Shown piece after piece: positions 29,287-38,520 of a stretch of DNA of 64,000 nucleotides. The stretch covers positions 1,568,001 to 1,632,000 of the forward strand of contig OY776510.1 of NCBI GenBank assembly GCA_963675665.1, in the 5' to 3' direction. Numbering within the stretch: position 1 is the first letter of the stretch; every line of letters starts with the position of its first letter. The notes beneath the pieces were generated by a model, which made no database searches, was not told where the DNA came from, and saw only the letters and a program-made list of their open reading frames with translations. The translations under genes were made by a program, and so were the position numbers. The DNA comes from Spirochaetia bacterium. Lineage in GTDB: Bacteria > Spirochaetota > Spirochaetia > UBA9216.

Positions 29287-30789
29287 ATGGGAAAAGAAAT
29301 AATATTAAGCCTGAAAGGGTTGTGCAAAACATTTGGTCCGACGAAAGCCCTGGATGATGTAAGTTTTGATATATACCGCGGAGAGATACGCGGACTGATA
29401 GGAGAGAACGGGTCCGGAAAATCGACAGCGATGTCGGTGGTAACCGGAATCCACCGGAAAGACGGCGGAGAAATGGTTTTTAACGGAGAAGAATATAACC
29501 CGGCAGATTTGCTGTCAGCGAACCAGTCCGGGATAAGCATAATAATGCAGGAAATGAATACCATTGAGGGATTGACGGTATCAGAGAATATCTTTTTGGG
29601 ACATGAAAAAGATTACCTTGTCTTCGGCTTCAAGAATATGGGAATGATGAACGCCGCAGCAAAGAAGCTGCTGGAAGAGTACGGGCTTGATGAAATAGAC
29701 CCGTCACTGGATATAGGTCATTTCAGCTTTGAAGAACGGAAGATGATAGAACTTGTGAAGGCGGTCAATTTTGAACCGCAGCTGTTTATAGTGGACGAAA
29801 CGACAACGGCGCTGTCGCAGGACGGGCGGGAGAAGCTTTACGGGATTATGAAAAGGCTCAAGGAAGAAGGCCGGTCTGTAGTTTTCATCTCGCATGATCT
29901 GCCCGAGGTGCTGCAGTGGTGCGATACGATAACGGTGCTGCGCGACGGAAAGTTTATCGACACGGTGGAAAAGAGCAGTGTGGATGAAGACGATCTGAAA
30001 CGGCTGATGGTCGGACGCGAACTCGGTGAGAAATACTACCGTGAAGATTATGAAAAGTTTGAGGGAAGTGAAAAGGTTTTAGAGATAAAAAGCATCACGA
30101 TCCCCGGGGTTCTGCATGATATAAGCCTTGATTTGCACAGGGGCGAGATCCTCGGAATAGGCGGTCTGACCGACTGCGGCATGCATGAGCTTGGAAAGGT
30201 TATATACGGAGCGGAGAAAAATTACAGCGGGAAGGTGATTTTGAGCGGGAAGAATGTAGAGATAACCGACATAAAGCAGGCGATTGATTTGGGGATTGGT
30301 TATGTATCGAAGAACCGGGACCAGGAAGCGCTGATGCTGTATTCGAGTATCAGGGACAATATCTGTCTGGTGTGCCTTGATGATCTTGAAAGAGGAATAC
30401 ATATATCGGACAAGACCGAAAAAAGCTTTTCGGAAGAGTTCAGTAAAAGACTGCAGGTGAAGATGACGTCTGTGGAACAATTCATCTCTGATCTGAGCGG
30501 AGGGAACAAACAGAAAGTGTCGGTGGCCAAGTGGCTGGCGAAAGGGTCGGATATCCTGATACTCGACTGCCCTACGCGGGGAATCGACGTGAAGGTGAAA
30601 GCAGCGATATACGAGCTGATGGAAGAGCTGAAAGAGCGGGGGAAGTCAATAATAATGATATCCGAAGAGCTGCTTGAGCTTATAGGAATGTGCGACCGGA
30701 TAGTGATTCTGAAGCACGGAGCAATCTCCGGAGATGTTGAAAGAAAGAAAGATATGTCTGAGGAAGAGCTCATAGATTACATGATATGA
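29287..30789 (+). CDS. Sugar ABC ATP-binding protein (two NBDs)
   Basis: GENGSGKST, VDETT, LSGGNKQKV, LDCPTRGIDV. Confidence 0.93.
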   Translation: MGKEIILSLKGLCKTFGPTKALDDVSFDIYRGEIRGLIGENGSGKSTAMSVVTGIHRKDGGEMVFNGEEYNPADLLSANQSGISIIMQEMNTIEGLTVSENIFLGHEKDYLVFGFKNMGMMNAAAKKLLEEYGLDEIDPSLDIGHFSFEERKMIELVKAVNFEPQLFIVDETTTALSQDGREKLYGIMKRLKEEGRSVVFISHDLPEVLQWCDTITVLRDGKFIDTVEKSSVDEDDLKRLMVGRELGEKYYREDYEKFEGSEKVLEIKSITIPGVLHDISLDLHRGEILGIGGLTDCGMHELGKVIYGAEKNYSGKVILSGKNVEITDIKQAIDLGIGYVSKNRDQEALMLYSSIRDNICLVCLDDLERGIHISDKTEKSFSEEFSKRLQVKMTSVEQFISDLSGGNKQKVSVAKWLAKGSDILILDCPTRGIDVKVKAAIYELMEELKERGKSIIMISEELLELIGMCDRIVILKHGAISGDVERKKDMSEEELIDYMI

Positions 30790-30801
30790 GAAGGGGTTGG
30801 A

Positions 30802-31725
30802 ATGAACAGGAAGATAAATATACAGAGAATGATACCCTTTGCCGGCCTGGTGGCAGTAATAGTGCTGTTTTCAGTATTAACCTCAGGAGAGCTTGTAACA
30901 GTAAAGAACATGAAGCTGGTATTGGAGCAGGCAATACTGGTGATGGTATCAAGTATAGGGGTGTTGTTTGTAATGACGCTGGGAAGCCTTGACTTCTCGC
31001 AGGGATCGATACTTGGAATCTGCTCGATAATAGCGACGACGGTATCGCATGCGAATATCCCGCTTGCGGTATTCCTGACGCTTGGAGCCGGACTATTGAT
31101 AGGGTTATTGAACGGAAGCATGCATGCAAAGTTGAAGATACCCTCGTTTATAGTGACGATCTGTACAATGTTTATATTCAGGGGGCTGACGTCTTACATT
31201 ACGCGAAAGAAAGCGCTGCAGATACCGTTTCGGCTGTATGATTTTGACGAGCTTGTCTATAAACTGCCGCTGCTTTTGCTGCTGCTTTTGATAGGTTTTT
31301 ATGTGTTTACGTATACACGGCTTGGAAAACAGTGCCGGGCGATAGGGTCCGGAGAGATAGCGAGTTTTTATGCCGGTGTAAAGGTGGATAAAATAAAGAT
31401 AATAGCGTTTGGAGCGGCAGGTCTTATGGGCGGAGTGACGGCGCTGTTTAATATAGTAAGGGTGGGAACTGCGTCTGCGAACACGGGTCTGCTGCATGAA
31501 ACGAACATTCTGATAGCGATAGTGCTGGGCGGAACGGCGGTAACCGGCGGAGCAAAGACAAAGTTCAACAGTGTGATAATAGGCAGCCTGCTGCTTGCGG
31601 TGCTGGCGAACGGGCTTGTTTTATTGGGTATAGATATAGCGGTACAGCAGCTGCTTAAAGGACTGATATTCCTCGGCGCTGTTTATCTGACCGTGGAGAA
31701 AGGCAGTAATTATGCTGTTAAATAG
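30802..31725 (+). CDS. Sugar ABC permease
   Basis: GSLDFSQGS, IPSFIVT, IAIVLGGTAVTGG. Confidence 0.9.
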   Translation: MNRKINIQRMIPFAGLVAVIVLFSVLTSGELVTVKNMKLVLEQAILVMVSSIGVLFVMTLGSLDFSQGSILGICSIIATTVSHANIPLAVFLTLGAGLLIGLLNGSMHAKLKIPSFIVTICTMFIFRGLTSYITRKKALQIPFRLYDFDELVYKLPLLLLLLLIGFYVFTYTRLGKQCRAIGSGEIASFYAGVKVDKIKIIAFGAAGLMGGVTALFNIVRVGTASANTGLLHETNILIAIVLGGTAVTGGAKTKFNSVIIGSLLLAVLANGLVLLGIDIAVQQLLKGLIFLGAVYLTVEKGSNYAVK

Positions 31726-31750
31726 CAAAAACATATAAGGAGTATTTATC

Positions 31751-33085
31751 ATGAACAAGGTAGTTATTATTGGGGCAGGCAGTTCAATGTTCACTAAAAA
31801 ATTATTGGGCGATTTATTGTCGTTTGATGATATGAATATTGATGAATTCAGTCTGGTGGATATTAATAAGGAGAAGCTTGCCGTTATAGAAAAGGTAGCT
31901 GAAAAACTATGTTCTCAATTCGGGAAGAAAGTAAAGATATCGACAACAGATAAAAGACGGGATGTTCTGAAAGATGCACGCTGGGTAATTAATACTATAG
32001 GTGTAGGCGGCGTGGAAGCCTACAGGCAGGACCTGGAAATTCCGGATAAGTACGGACTAAGCCAGTGTATAGGAGATATTATCGGGCCGGGCGGTATGTT
32101 CAGGTTTCTGCGGGCTTATCCGGAGCTGCTTAGAATATGCAAAGACATGGAAGACCTTTGTCCCGATGCGTATTTTTTCAATTATACCAACCCTATGGCA
32201 CCGCTGTGCCTTGCGCTTCACAAATCTACAAGCATAAAGGTATTCGGTTTCTGTCACAATGTTCAGAGCACAGCACAGCAGCTTTCGAACTATCTGCAGG
32301 TTGACGAATCAAGAATTTCATACTGGGCTGCCGGAATTAACCATATGGACTGGTTTCTTGAATATAAAGTCGACGGCAAGGATGCTTATCCGAAACTGTT
32401 TGAAATATCGCAGAATGATGAAGATATAATCAAGCTTGCCGATTATGAGCAGGATTACAAGAGTATGGGGGTAAGGCTTGTTGACCTCGTAAGATTCAAG
32501 ATTATGCATAATTTCGGAAGATATCCGTCGGAATCTCCTTTTCACATGTCCGAGTATGTTCCTTACTTTAGAAAAAATGAGAAGATGATTGAGGATTTTC
32601 AGGTTACCAACAGATGGTGGTTTGCCCATGAATGTGCAGCTGATGAGTACTTTGAGGAGTTGAAAGGAATGCTTGAGTCGGGGCAGGATATCCCATGTGA
32701 GAAAACATTTGAATATGCACCGGAAATTATTCATGCAAATATAACCGGAAAACCTTTCAGGTCAAATCTTAATGTTATGAATACAGGGCTTATATCGAAC
32801 CTTCCGGAAAACAGTGTAGTAGAGGTTCCGTGTTATTCGGATACTGAAGGTATTCATCCGTGTTATGTAGGCGAACTTCCCTATGCTCTTGCTGCGTTAA
32901 ACCTGACAAATGTTAATATGCATATAGGAATGGCTGAAGCTGCAATAAGCAAGAAAAAACAGAGGATTTATGATGCGGTTAAGATGGATCCGCTGACAGC
33001 TGCCAAACTGACGCTTGATCAGATTGATGATATGGTTGCGGAATTGATAGAGGCCAATGCTGAATACCTTACCGATTTTGAATAG
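31751..33085 (+). CDS. Glycoside hydrolase family 4 (NAD+/Mn2+-dependent), alpha-galactosidase MelA-like
   Basis: IIGAGS, D.EIP.KYG..Q..GD..GPGG, NYTNPMA, GFCHNVQ (metal Cys), AGINHM, ESPFHMSEY.PYF, VVEVPC, DPLTAA. Confidence 0.9.
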   Translation: MNKVVIIGAGSSMFTKKLLGDLLSFDDMNIDEFSLVDINKEKLAVIEKVAEKLCSQFGKKVKISTTDKRRDVLKDARWVINTIGVGGVEAYRQDLEIPDKYGLSQCIGDIIGPGGMFRFLRAYPELLRICKDMEDLCPDAYFFNYTNPMAPLCLALHKSTSIKVFGFCHNVQSTAQQLSNYLQVDESRISYWAAGINHMDWFLEYKVDGKDAYPKLFEISQNDEDIIKLADYEQDYKSMGVRLVDLVRFKIMHNFGRYPSESPFHMSEYVPYFRKNEKMIEDFQVTNRWWFAHECAADEYFEELKGMLESGQDIPCEKTFEYAPEIIHANITGKPFRSNLNVMNTGLISNLPENSVVEVPCYSDTEGIHPCYVGELPYALAALNLTNVNMHIGMAEAAISKKKQRIYDAVKMDPLTAAKLTLDQIDDMVAELIEANAEYLTDFE

Positions 33086-33126
33086 AGCCTGACAGTTGAA
33101 GCAGGAAATATAAACGAATGATCCAT

Positions 33127-33152
33127 GCAAGCTGTCCGAAAGGGCAGCTTGC
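33127..33152 (+). other. GNRA-capped hairpin between GH4 and M24-like gene
   Basis: GCAAGCTGTCC-GAAA-GGGCAGCTTGC. Confidence 0.55.
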
Positions 33153-33181
33153 TGTTTAAGATTTGATTTAGGAGTCGCCGC

Positions 33182-34279
33182 ATGACTGATGAAATAAGAT
33201 TCAAGGAAAAACAGCTTAGGGAATATATGGCTGAAAAAAAGCTCGACGGGATTTTATTTTCCACCAGAGAGTTTTTTTCATGGATAACGGGAGGTTCGGT
33301 AGATTATATAATAGAAACAACCGAGATAGGTGTTGTTGATCTGCTTATTACCCGGGAAGGAAAATACTGTATAGCCAGCAAGATTGAACGGTTCAGAATA
33401 ATGGAAGAAGAGCTTGCCGGGCTTGATTATGAGGTTCTTGAATTCAACTGGTGGGAGTCGGACAATAAAAGCATAGTGGCCGAAGTCATGCATGGTAAAC
33501 GGTTCGGCGCCGATACGGATTTTCCCGGGGGAATTAATGTGTATGAAGAACTGAAGCCCCTGAGATATTCGCTCAGGCCTGAAGAGGTTGAAAGATTCAG
33601 GAAATCTTCATTTGAGTGTGCAGTAGCGCTGGAAGAAACCTGCAGATCGATCAGGGTCGGAATGACGGAATTCGAGATTTGCGGTACGCTAATGAAAAAT
33701 GCCATGGATTTTGGTATTGAACCTGCTGTTGCACTTGTGGCGTCGGATGAAAGAATTTCGAAATACCGGCACCCGATACCGAAAGGAAAAAAGATAGAAA
33801 AATATGTTCTGGTTGTTATATGCGGCAGAAGGGAAGGGTTGATAACAAGCTGTTCAAGGTTTGTTCACTTTGGAGAACCTCCCGCAGAAATAAGGGAAAA
33901 ACACTCAAAAATTATTAGGGTTGATGCTGAATATATTACAAATACGATACCGGGAAGAAAGGTTTCAGACGTATTTAAATTTGCAATGAATAAGTATAAA
34001 GAAATTGGTTATGAAGACCAGTGGCAATTCCTGCATCAGGGAGGTCCGGCAGGATATTCCATACGGGATTATCACGGAACACCCTGCGTGGAAGGTTCTG
34101 TGATGCCCAATCAGGCTTTTGCATGGAACCCTTCTGTGCCGGGAACCAAGTCGGAGGATACAATCATAGCTACGGAAAACGGGCCGGAAATTATTTCTGC
34201 AACAGGGAAATGGCCTGTAGTTGAAGTTACTGCCGGGAACGGTATAAAGGTGGACCGACCGGATATCCTTGTAATGTAA
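33182..34279 (+). CDS. M24-fold protein with non-canonical active site (HQGG type)
   Basis: Creatinase-N-like start (F.WITGG), IRVGMTEFEI, KYRHP, VICGRREGLITSCSRFV (no Asp ligands), LHQGGPAGY, AWNPS, KSEDT. Confidence 0.8.
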   Translation: MTDEIRFKEKQLREYMAEKKLDGILFSTREFFSWITGGSVDYIIETTEIGVVDLLITREGKYCIASKIERFRIMEEELAGLDYEVLEFNWWESDNKSIVAEVMHGKRFGADTDFPGGINVYEELKPLRYSLRPEEVERFRKSSFECAVALEETCRSIRVGMTEFEICGTLMKNAMDFGIEPAVALVASDERISKYRHPIPKGKKIEKYVLVVICGRREGLITSCSRFVHFGEPPAEIREKHSKIIRVDAEYITNTIPGRKVSDVFKFAMNKYKEIGYEDQWQFLHQGGPAGYSIRDYHGTPCVEGSVMPNQAFAWNPSVPGTKSEDTIIATENGPEIISATGKWPVVEVTAGNGIKVDRPDILVM

Positions 34280-34315
34280 GAATTATTCCTGCTCTGGCTT
34301 GTTGGATGGGGGCTG

Positions 34316-36640
34316 TCATCTCAACAAGCTTTTGCTGATAGCCGCTCCTGAATCGAGAAATAATTCCTCACCATAAAGCAGTATCGAAATATCTCCGGAA
34401 GAGTTGTTTTTTATTTCGATATCCGATTGTCCTACACTGATTGTCAGCGTATGTCCAAGATGAAAGAGCTTAAAACTATATGATGTCCAGGCTACCGGAA
34501 TTGCAGGACTTAGACTTAATCTGGTTCTGTCATATCTCAAGCCTCCGAATCCCATTACAATGGCCATCCAGCTGCCGCTCATGCTTGTAATATGGCAGCC
34601 GTCCCTGGCGTCATTGTTATAATCATCCAAATCCAGTCTTGCGGTTCTTAAGTACATTTCATAGGCTTTTTCAGAGTAACCTAACCTGGAGGCTATAATT
34701 GAGTGAACACATGGTGAAAGTGAAGATTCATGTACGGTTCTCGGTTCATAATAATCAAAATTGTTCCTTATCGTCTCCTGATCAAATTCATTTTCAAATA
34801 AAAACATTCCCTGTAAAACATCCGCTTGTTTAATAAAGGGTGAACGCAGGATTCTGTCCCAGGACCAGTTCTGATTAATCGGCATTTCATCAGACGAGAG
34901 ATCAGAAACGGTAAGGTTTTCTTTATCAAGGTAACCATCCTGCTGCAAAAAGATTTTACGATCGTTATCATAGGGCAGATATAACTGTTCACTGACTTTC
35001 CTGAAATTATTGAGTTCATCAGAATCCAATTTTAATCTCAAAGCAACAGCTTTATATGCAGCCGGATTCTTTTTCTTCAGCTCGACGCAGACCGAATGCG
35101 TATAGGAAAGGCACCATGATGCTATTTTATTTGTATACCAGTTGTTGTTTACATTATTCTCATATTCATTGGGCCCTGTAACTCCGAGTATTACATATTT
35201 GCCTTTAACCTCTGAAAAACTTGCCCGCTGAACCCAGAACCTGGAAATACCCGCCAGAACATCTATTCCGTAATCTTCAAGATATCTCTCGTCACCGGTA
35301 CAGTTTACATAATTGAAGACAGCATAAGCTATTGCCCCGTTACGGTGAATCTCCTCGAACGTTATTTCCCATTCATTGTGACATTCCTCGCCGTTCATCG
35401 TAACCATGGGATATAACGCTGCCCCGTCGGTAAAACCCAGTTTCCCGGCATTTTCAATAGCCTTTTCAAGATGATTATATCTGTACATAAGAAGGTTTCG
35501 GGCAATGCTCTGCTCCGAGGTGCCGAGATAGAACGGAAGACAAAAGGCTTCAGTGTCCCAATATGTAGAACCGCCGTACTTTTCTCCGGTAAATCCTTTG
35601 GGGCCGATATTCAACCTTGCATCCTTTCCCGTATAGGTCTGGTTCAACTGAAAAATATTGAATCTGATGCCCTGCTGGGCTGCAACTTCTCCGTCAATTA
35701 CCAGATCAGAATGGCTCCATATATCAAGCCATTTCTGACTGTGTTCTGTTGCCAGTTCCCGAAAGCTTTTTCCGGCATTTTTTGCAAGCAGCTGCTTTCC
35801 AAGCTGCTTAAGTTCTTTTTTGGGATGGTCTCTTGTCGTCATGCAGGAGACATATTTTTCCAGACGGAATATTTCTCCGGCTTTAATCTCAAGTTCAAAA
35901 CTTCTTGAAACAAAGCCCGCCTCAACATGATCTTTGATGCCTGCATAAAAGTCAGCCGAAGGTTCTTGACCATTGATTGATAAACGATGAGAAGCAGTTA
36001 CAAACAGAGAATATTCTGTCTTCCTTGTTGTTAATGAAACCATCATATATTGTTTATCAGTATCCTGAAAATTATGCTCCCAAAAGAACTCATCATAGTT
36101 TGCATCTTCGTTCTGAACATTGCCGTCCAAAACCGAGTTTATCTGAAGTAAAGCATTCCTTTCAGGGCAGCTGATTGAATAGCTCAAAGCGCCCAATTCC
36201 GCCTGAGACAGGCTAACAAAGCGGCAGGCATCTACAGTCACAGTGGTGCCGTCCGGAAGGCGGGTCTTGAAACTTCTGTTTAATATCCCGTTCTGCATAT
36301 CCAGATCACGCTTGAATTCAATAATCCCGGTCTTCGCAAGATCGAGAATTTGTCCGTTTATCTTTATCTCAAGACCTGTCCAGTTTACAGAGTTGAGGAC
36401 CTTCGCAAAGTATTCCGGATAACCGTTCTTCCACCATCCGACCCTGGTTTTGTCGGGATAATAAATTCCGGCCATATATGTTCCCTGAAGACTGTCTCCG
36501 CTGTAGCTTTCTTCAAAATTACCCCTCATCCCCATATGTCCGTTGCCAATGCTGAAAATGGATTCGGAGATCCGGTTATTCTCGGGATGAAATCCATTTT
36601 CAATAATATGCCATGGATCTTTTTCCAAATAAGTCTTCAT
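34316..36640 (-). CDS. GH65 glycoside phosphorylase, maltose phosphorylase-like
   Basis: ESIFSIGNG.MG.RG.FEE, YYPDKTRVGWWKNGYP, NIGPKGFTGEKYGG.TYWDTE, CHNEWEITFEEIHRN, GPNEYENN, KQADV, HESSLS; start re-assigned to 36640. Confidence 0.93.
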   Translation of the reverse strand: MKTYLEKDPWHIIENGFHPENNRISESIFSIGNGHMGMRGNFEESYSGDSLQGTYMAGIYYPDKTRVGWWKNGYPEYFAKVLNSVNWTGLEIKINGQILDLAKTGIIEFKRDLDMQNGILNRSFKTRLPDGTTVTVDACRFVSLSQAELGALSYSISCPERNALLQINSVLDGNVQNEDANYDEFFWEHNFQDTDKQYMMVSLTTRKTEYSLFVTASHRLSINGQEPSADFYAGIKDHVEAGFVSRSFELEIKAGEIFRLEKYVSCMTTRDHPKKELKQLGKQLLAKNAGKSFRELATEHSQKWLDIWSHSDLVIDGEVAAQQGIRFNIFQLNQTYTGKDARLNIGPKGFTGEKYGGSTYWDTEAFCLPFYLGTSEQSIARNLLMYRYNHLEKAIENAGKLGFTDGAALYPMVTMNGEECHNEWEITFEEIHRNGAIAYAVFNYVNCTGDERYLEDYGIDVLAGISRFWVQRASFSEVKGKYVILGVTGPNEYENNVNNNWYTNKIASWCLSYTHSVCVELKKKNPAAYKAVALRLKLDSDELNNFRKVSEQLYLPYDNDRKIFLQQDGYLDKENLTVSDLSSDEMPINQNWSWDRILRSPFIKQADVLQGMFLFENEFDQETIRNNFDYYEPRTVHESSLSPCVHSIIASRLGYSEKAYEMYLRTARLDLDDYNNDARDGCHITSMSGSWMAIVMGFGGLRYDRTRLSLSPAIPVAWTSYSFKLFHLGHTLTISVGQSDIEIKNNSSGDISILLYGEELFLDSGAAISKSLLR

Positions 36641-36648
36641 GCCGATAT

Positions 36649-37506
36649 CTATCCTTTTACTGAGCCGGCGACCATCCCTTTGATAATTTTTTTCTGGGCC
36701 AGCAGAAACAGAATTATTACAGGAATCATTGCCATCAGAATAGCGGTTAAAATTAAATCCCATTGTTTTACATAAGCGCCGGCAAAATTGGCTACGGCAA
36801 GGGGCAAAGTCTGAATCCTGTTCCCCTTCCCCAGTATCAGCAGCGGTAGAAGGAAATCGTTCCATATCCAGATTCCGTGAAGGATGCAAATCGTAGCATG
36901 AACCGGGGTTAACAGTGGAAATATTATCTTAAAAAATACTGCCGGTTTGGAACAGCCGTCAATAATTGCGGCTTCTTCAAGTTCATAAGGAATGCCCTTT
37001 ATAAAACCATGATATACAAAAACCGAAAGCGAAAGACCGAAGCCAAGATACGCAAAGATAATTCCGGCATATGAACGCAGCAGCTTGATGCCGGTAACCT
37101 CATAGATTACCCTGAACCAGGAAATTAATGGGAACATGACAATCTGAAACGGAATTACCATGGCAGCAACAAATACAAGAAAGATGATTTTACTGGATTT
37201 TGTTTTTGTTCTAACCAAAACCCATGCTGCCATTGACGGAAAAATTGTAACGGTAACCAACGAGACCGCCGTGATCAGGATTGATGAAAAAAATGACGAC
37301 CCATACCTTATATTTTCACTTACCAGTATGGTTTTCATGTTTGTCAGAATCTGTCCCCAGTGTTCAGGGAGCTTCATCGGATATTGTGTGACGCTGAAGG
37401 AATCCTTTGCTGAATTTATGAAAACAATAATGAACGGATAGAGAAAAAGGACCAGTAAAACAAGCATCAGAGCTTCTATAAGATATAATCCGATTTTTTT
37501 GTTCAC
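36649..37506 (-). CDS. Carbohydrate ABC permease (CUT1, MalG-like)
   Basis: IPYELEEAAIIDGCS EAA motif, WNDFLLP. Confidence 0.92.
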   Translation of the reverse strand: MNKKIGLYLIEALMLVLLVLFLYPFIIVFINSAKDSFSVTQYPMKLPEHWGQILTNMKTILVSENIRYGSSFFSSILITAVSLVTVTIFPSMAAWVLVRTKTKSSKIIFLVFVAAMVIPFQIVMFPLISWFRVIYEVTGIKLLRSYAGIIFAYLGFGLSLSVFVYHGFIKGIPYELEEAAIIDGCSKPAVFFKIIFPLLTPVHATICILHGIWIWNDFLLPLLILGKGNRIQTLPLAVANFAGAYVKQWDLILTAILMAMIPVIILFLLAQKKIIKGMVAGSVKG

Positions 37507-38423
37507 AGCTCAATCTCCTTCTTTTTATTGATACTGACCTGTATCATTGTCACTATCACCAAAACGATAAAAAATATTACAGCCCGGGCCTGACCTGCAG
37601 CAAGATTATTGGAAACAAAGGCTGTACGATATATATTCATTGCCAGAAGTTCGGTTCCATAGATGGGTTTATCCATGAATAAAGTAGCCGGTCCTCCGGC
37701 AGTCAGCGAATAGTTGACATCAAACTGTTTAAACGAATTAACCAGAGTCAAAAACATTGTGATCGTAAATGCCTGCGAAATCATGGGCATTGTAATATTT
37801 CGGAATCTCTGCCAGCCGTTGACGCCGTCAATCTTTGCGGCTTCATAAAGTGATGCAGGGACTGCTTCAATGGCTGCCACGTAGATCATCATTATGTAGC
37901 CCGCATACTGCCATGTTGAGACAATTACCAGGGCGATTATTGATGTTTTGACCTTGCTGAGCAACAGATTTTCGGGATTTTGAAGAAAGCTGAAAGCAGG
38001 AATCATCTTCCCTATAGCCGGCACAGCATTATTGAAAATAAACTGCCAGAGAAATCCGAGTATTAAACCTCCGATAAGATAGGGAATAAAAAACCCCACG
38101 CGATGAATGTTTTTCAGTTTGAGTTTGCTGGTAACAACCAGCGCAAGCGCTACAGCGACAATATTGATAATAATGACGTTTATAACGGTAAATATTGTTG
38201 TGATAAGAAATGAATACAGGAAAGCGGGATCTGAAAAACTCTCTGTGAAATTTTTCAATCCGATAAATTTAACATCAGCTCCTGCCCTTGCTGTGGCATT
38301 CCAGTCGGTTAACGAATAGAAAGCACCGATAAAAAATGGAATAACGATAATTATTATAAATGCCAGTAGTACAGGAGCAAGAAACAACCAGAATGTAAGA
38401 TCGTTTCCGTTTAATTTTTTCAT
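37503..38423 (-). CDS. Carbohydrate ABC permease (CUT1, MalF-like)
   Basis: YSLTDWN, WQYAGY.M.IY, LYEAAKIDG, FKQFD...LTAGGP. Confidence 0.92.
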   Translation of the reverse strand: MKKLNGNDLTFWLFLAPVLLAFIIIIVIPFFIGAFYSLTDWNATARAGADVKFIGLKNFTESFSDPAFLYSFLITTIFTVINVIIINIVAVALALVVTSKLKLKNIHRVGFFIPYLIGGLILGFLWQFIFNNAVPAIGKMIPAFSFLQNPENLLLSKVKTSIIALVIVSTWQYAGYIMMIYVAAIEAVPASLYEAAKIDGVNGWQRFRNITMPMISQAFTITMFLTLVNSFKQFDVNYSLTAGGPATLFMDKPIYGTELLAMNIYRTAFVSNNLAAGQARAVIFFIVLVIVTMIQVSINKKKEIEL

Positions 38424-38455
38424 ATACTTCCCCTCCGGATTTCCTCCTGAAGAAT

Positions 38456-38485
38456 AAAAAGGAGCCCGGTTCGGACTGGGCTCCT
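38456..38485 (-). terminator. Stem-loop/terminator after SBP gene
   Basis: Minus strand AGGAGCCCAGT-CCGA-ACCGGGCTCC-TTTTT. Confidence 0.7.
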
Positions 38486-38520
38486 CATACTGACAGGCTC
38501 AGGAATCCTCAAGTGTCTTT

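Noticed and set aside
36641-36889. 83-aa N-terminal extension of the GH65 ORF
   Set aside because: Overlaps the permease gene; family homology begins at MKTYL (36640)
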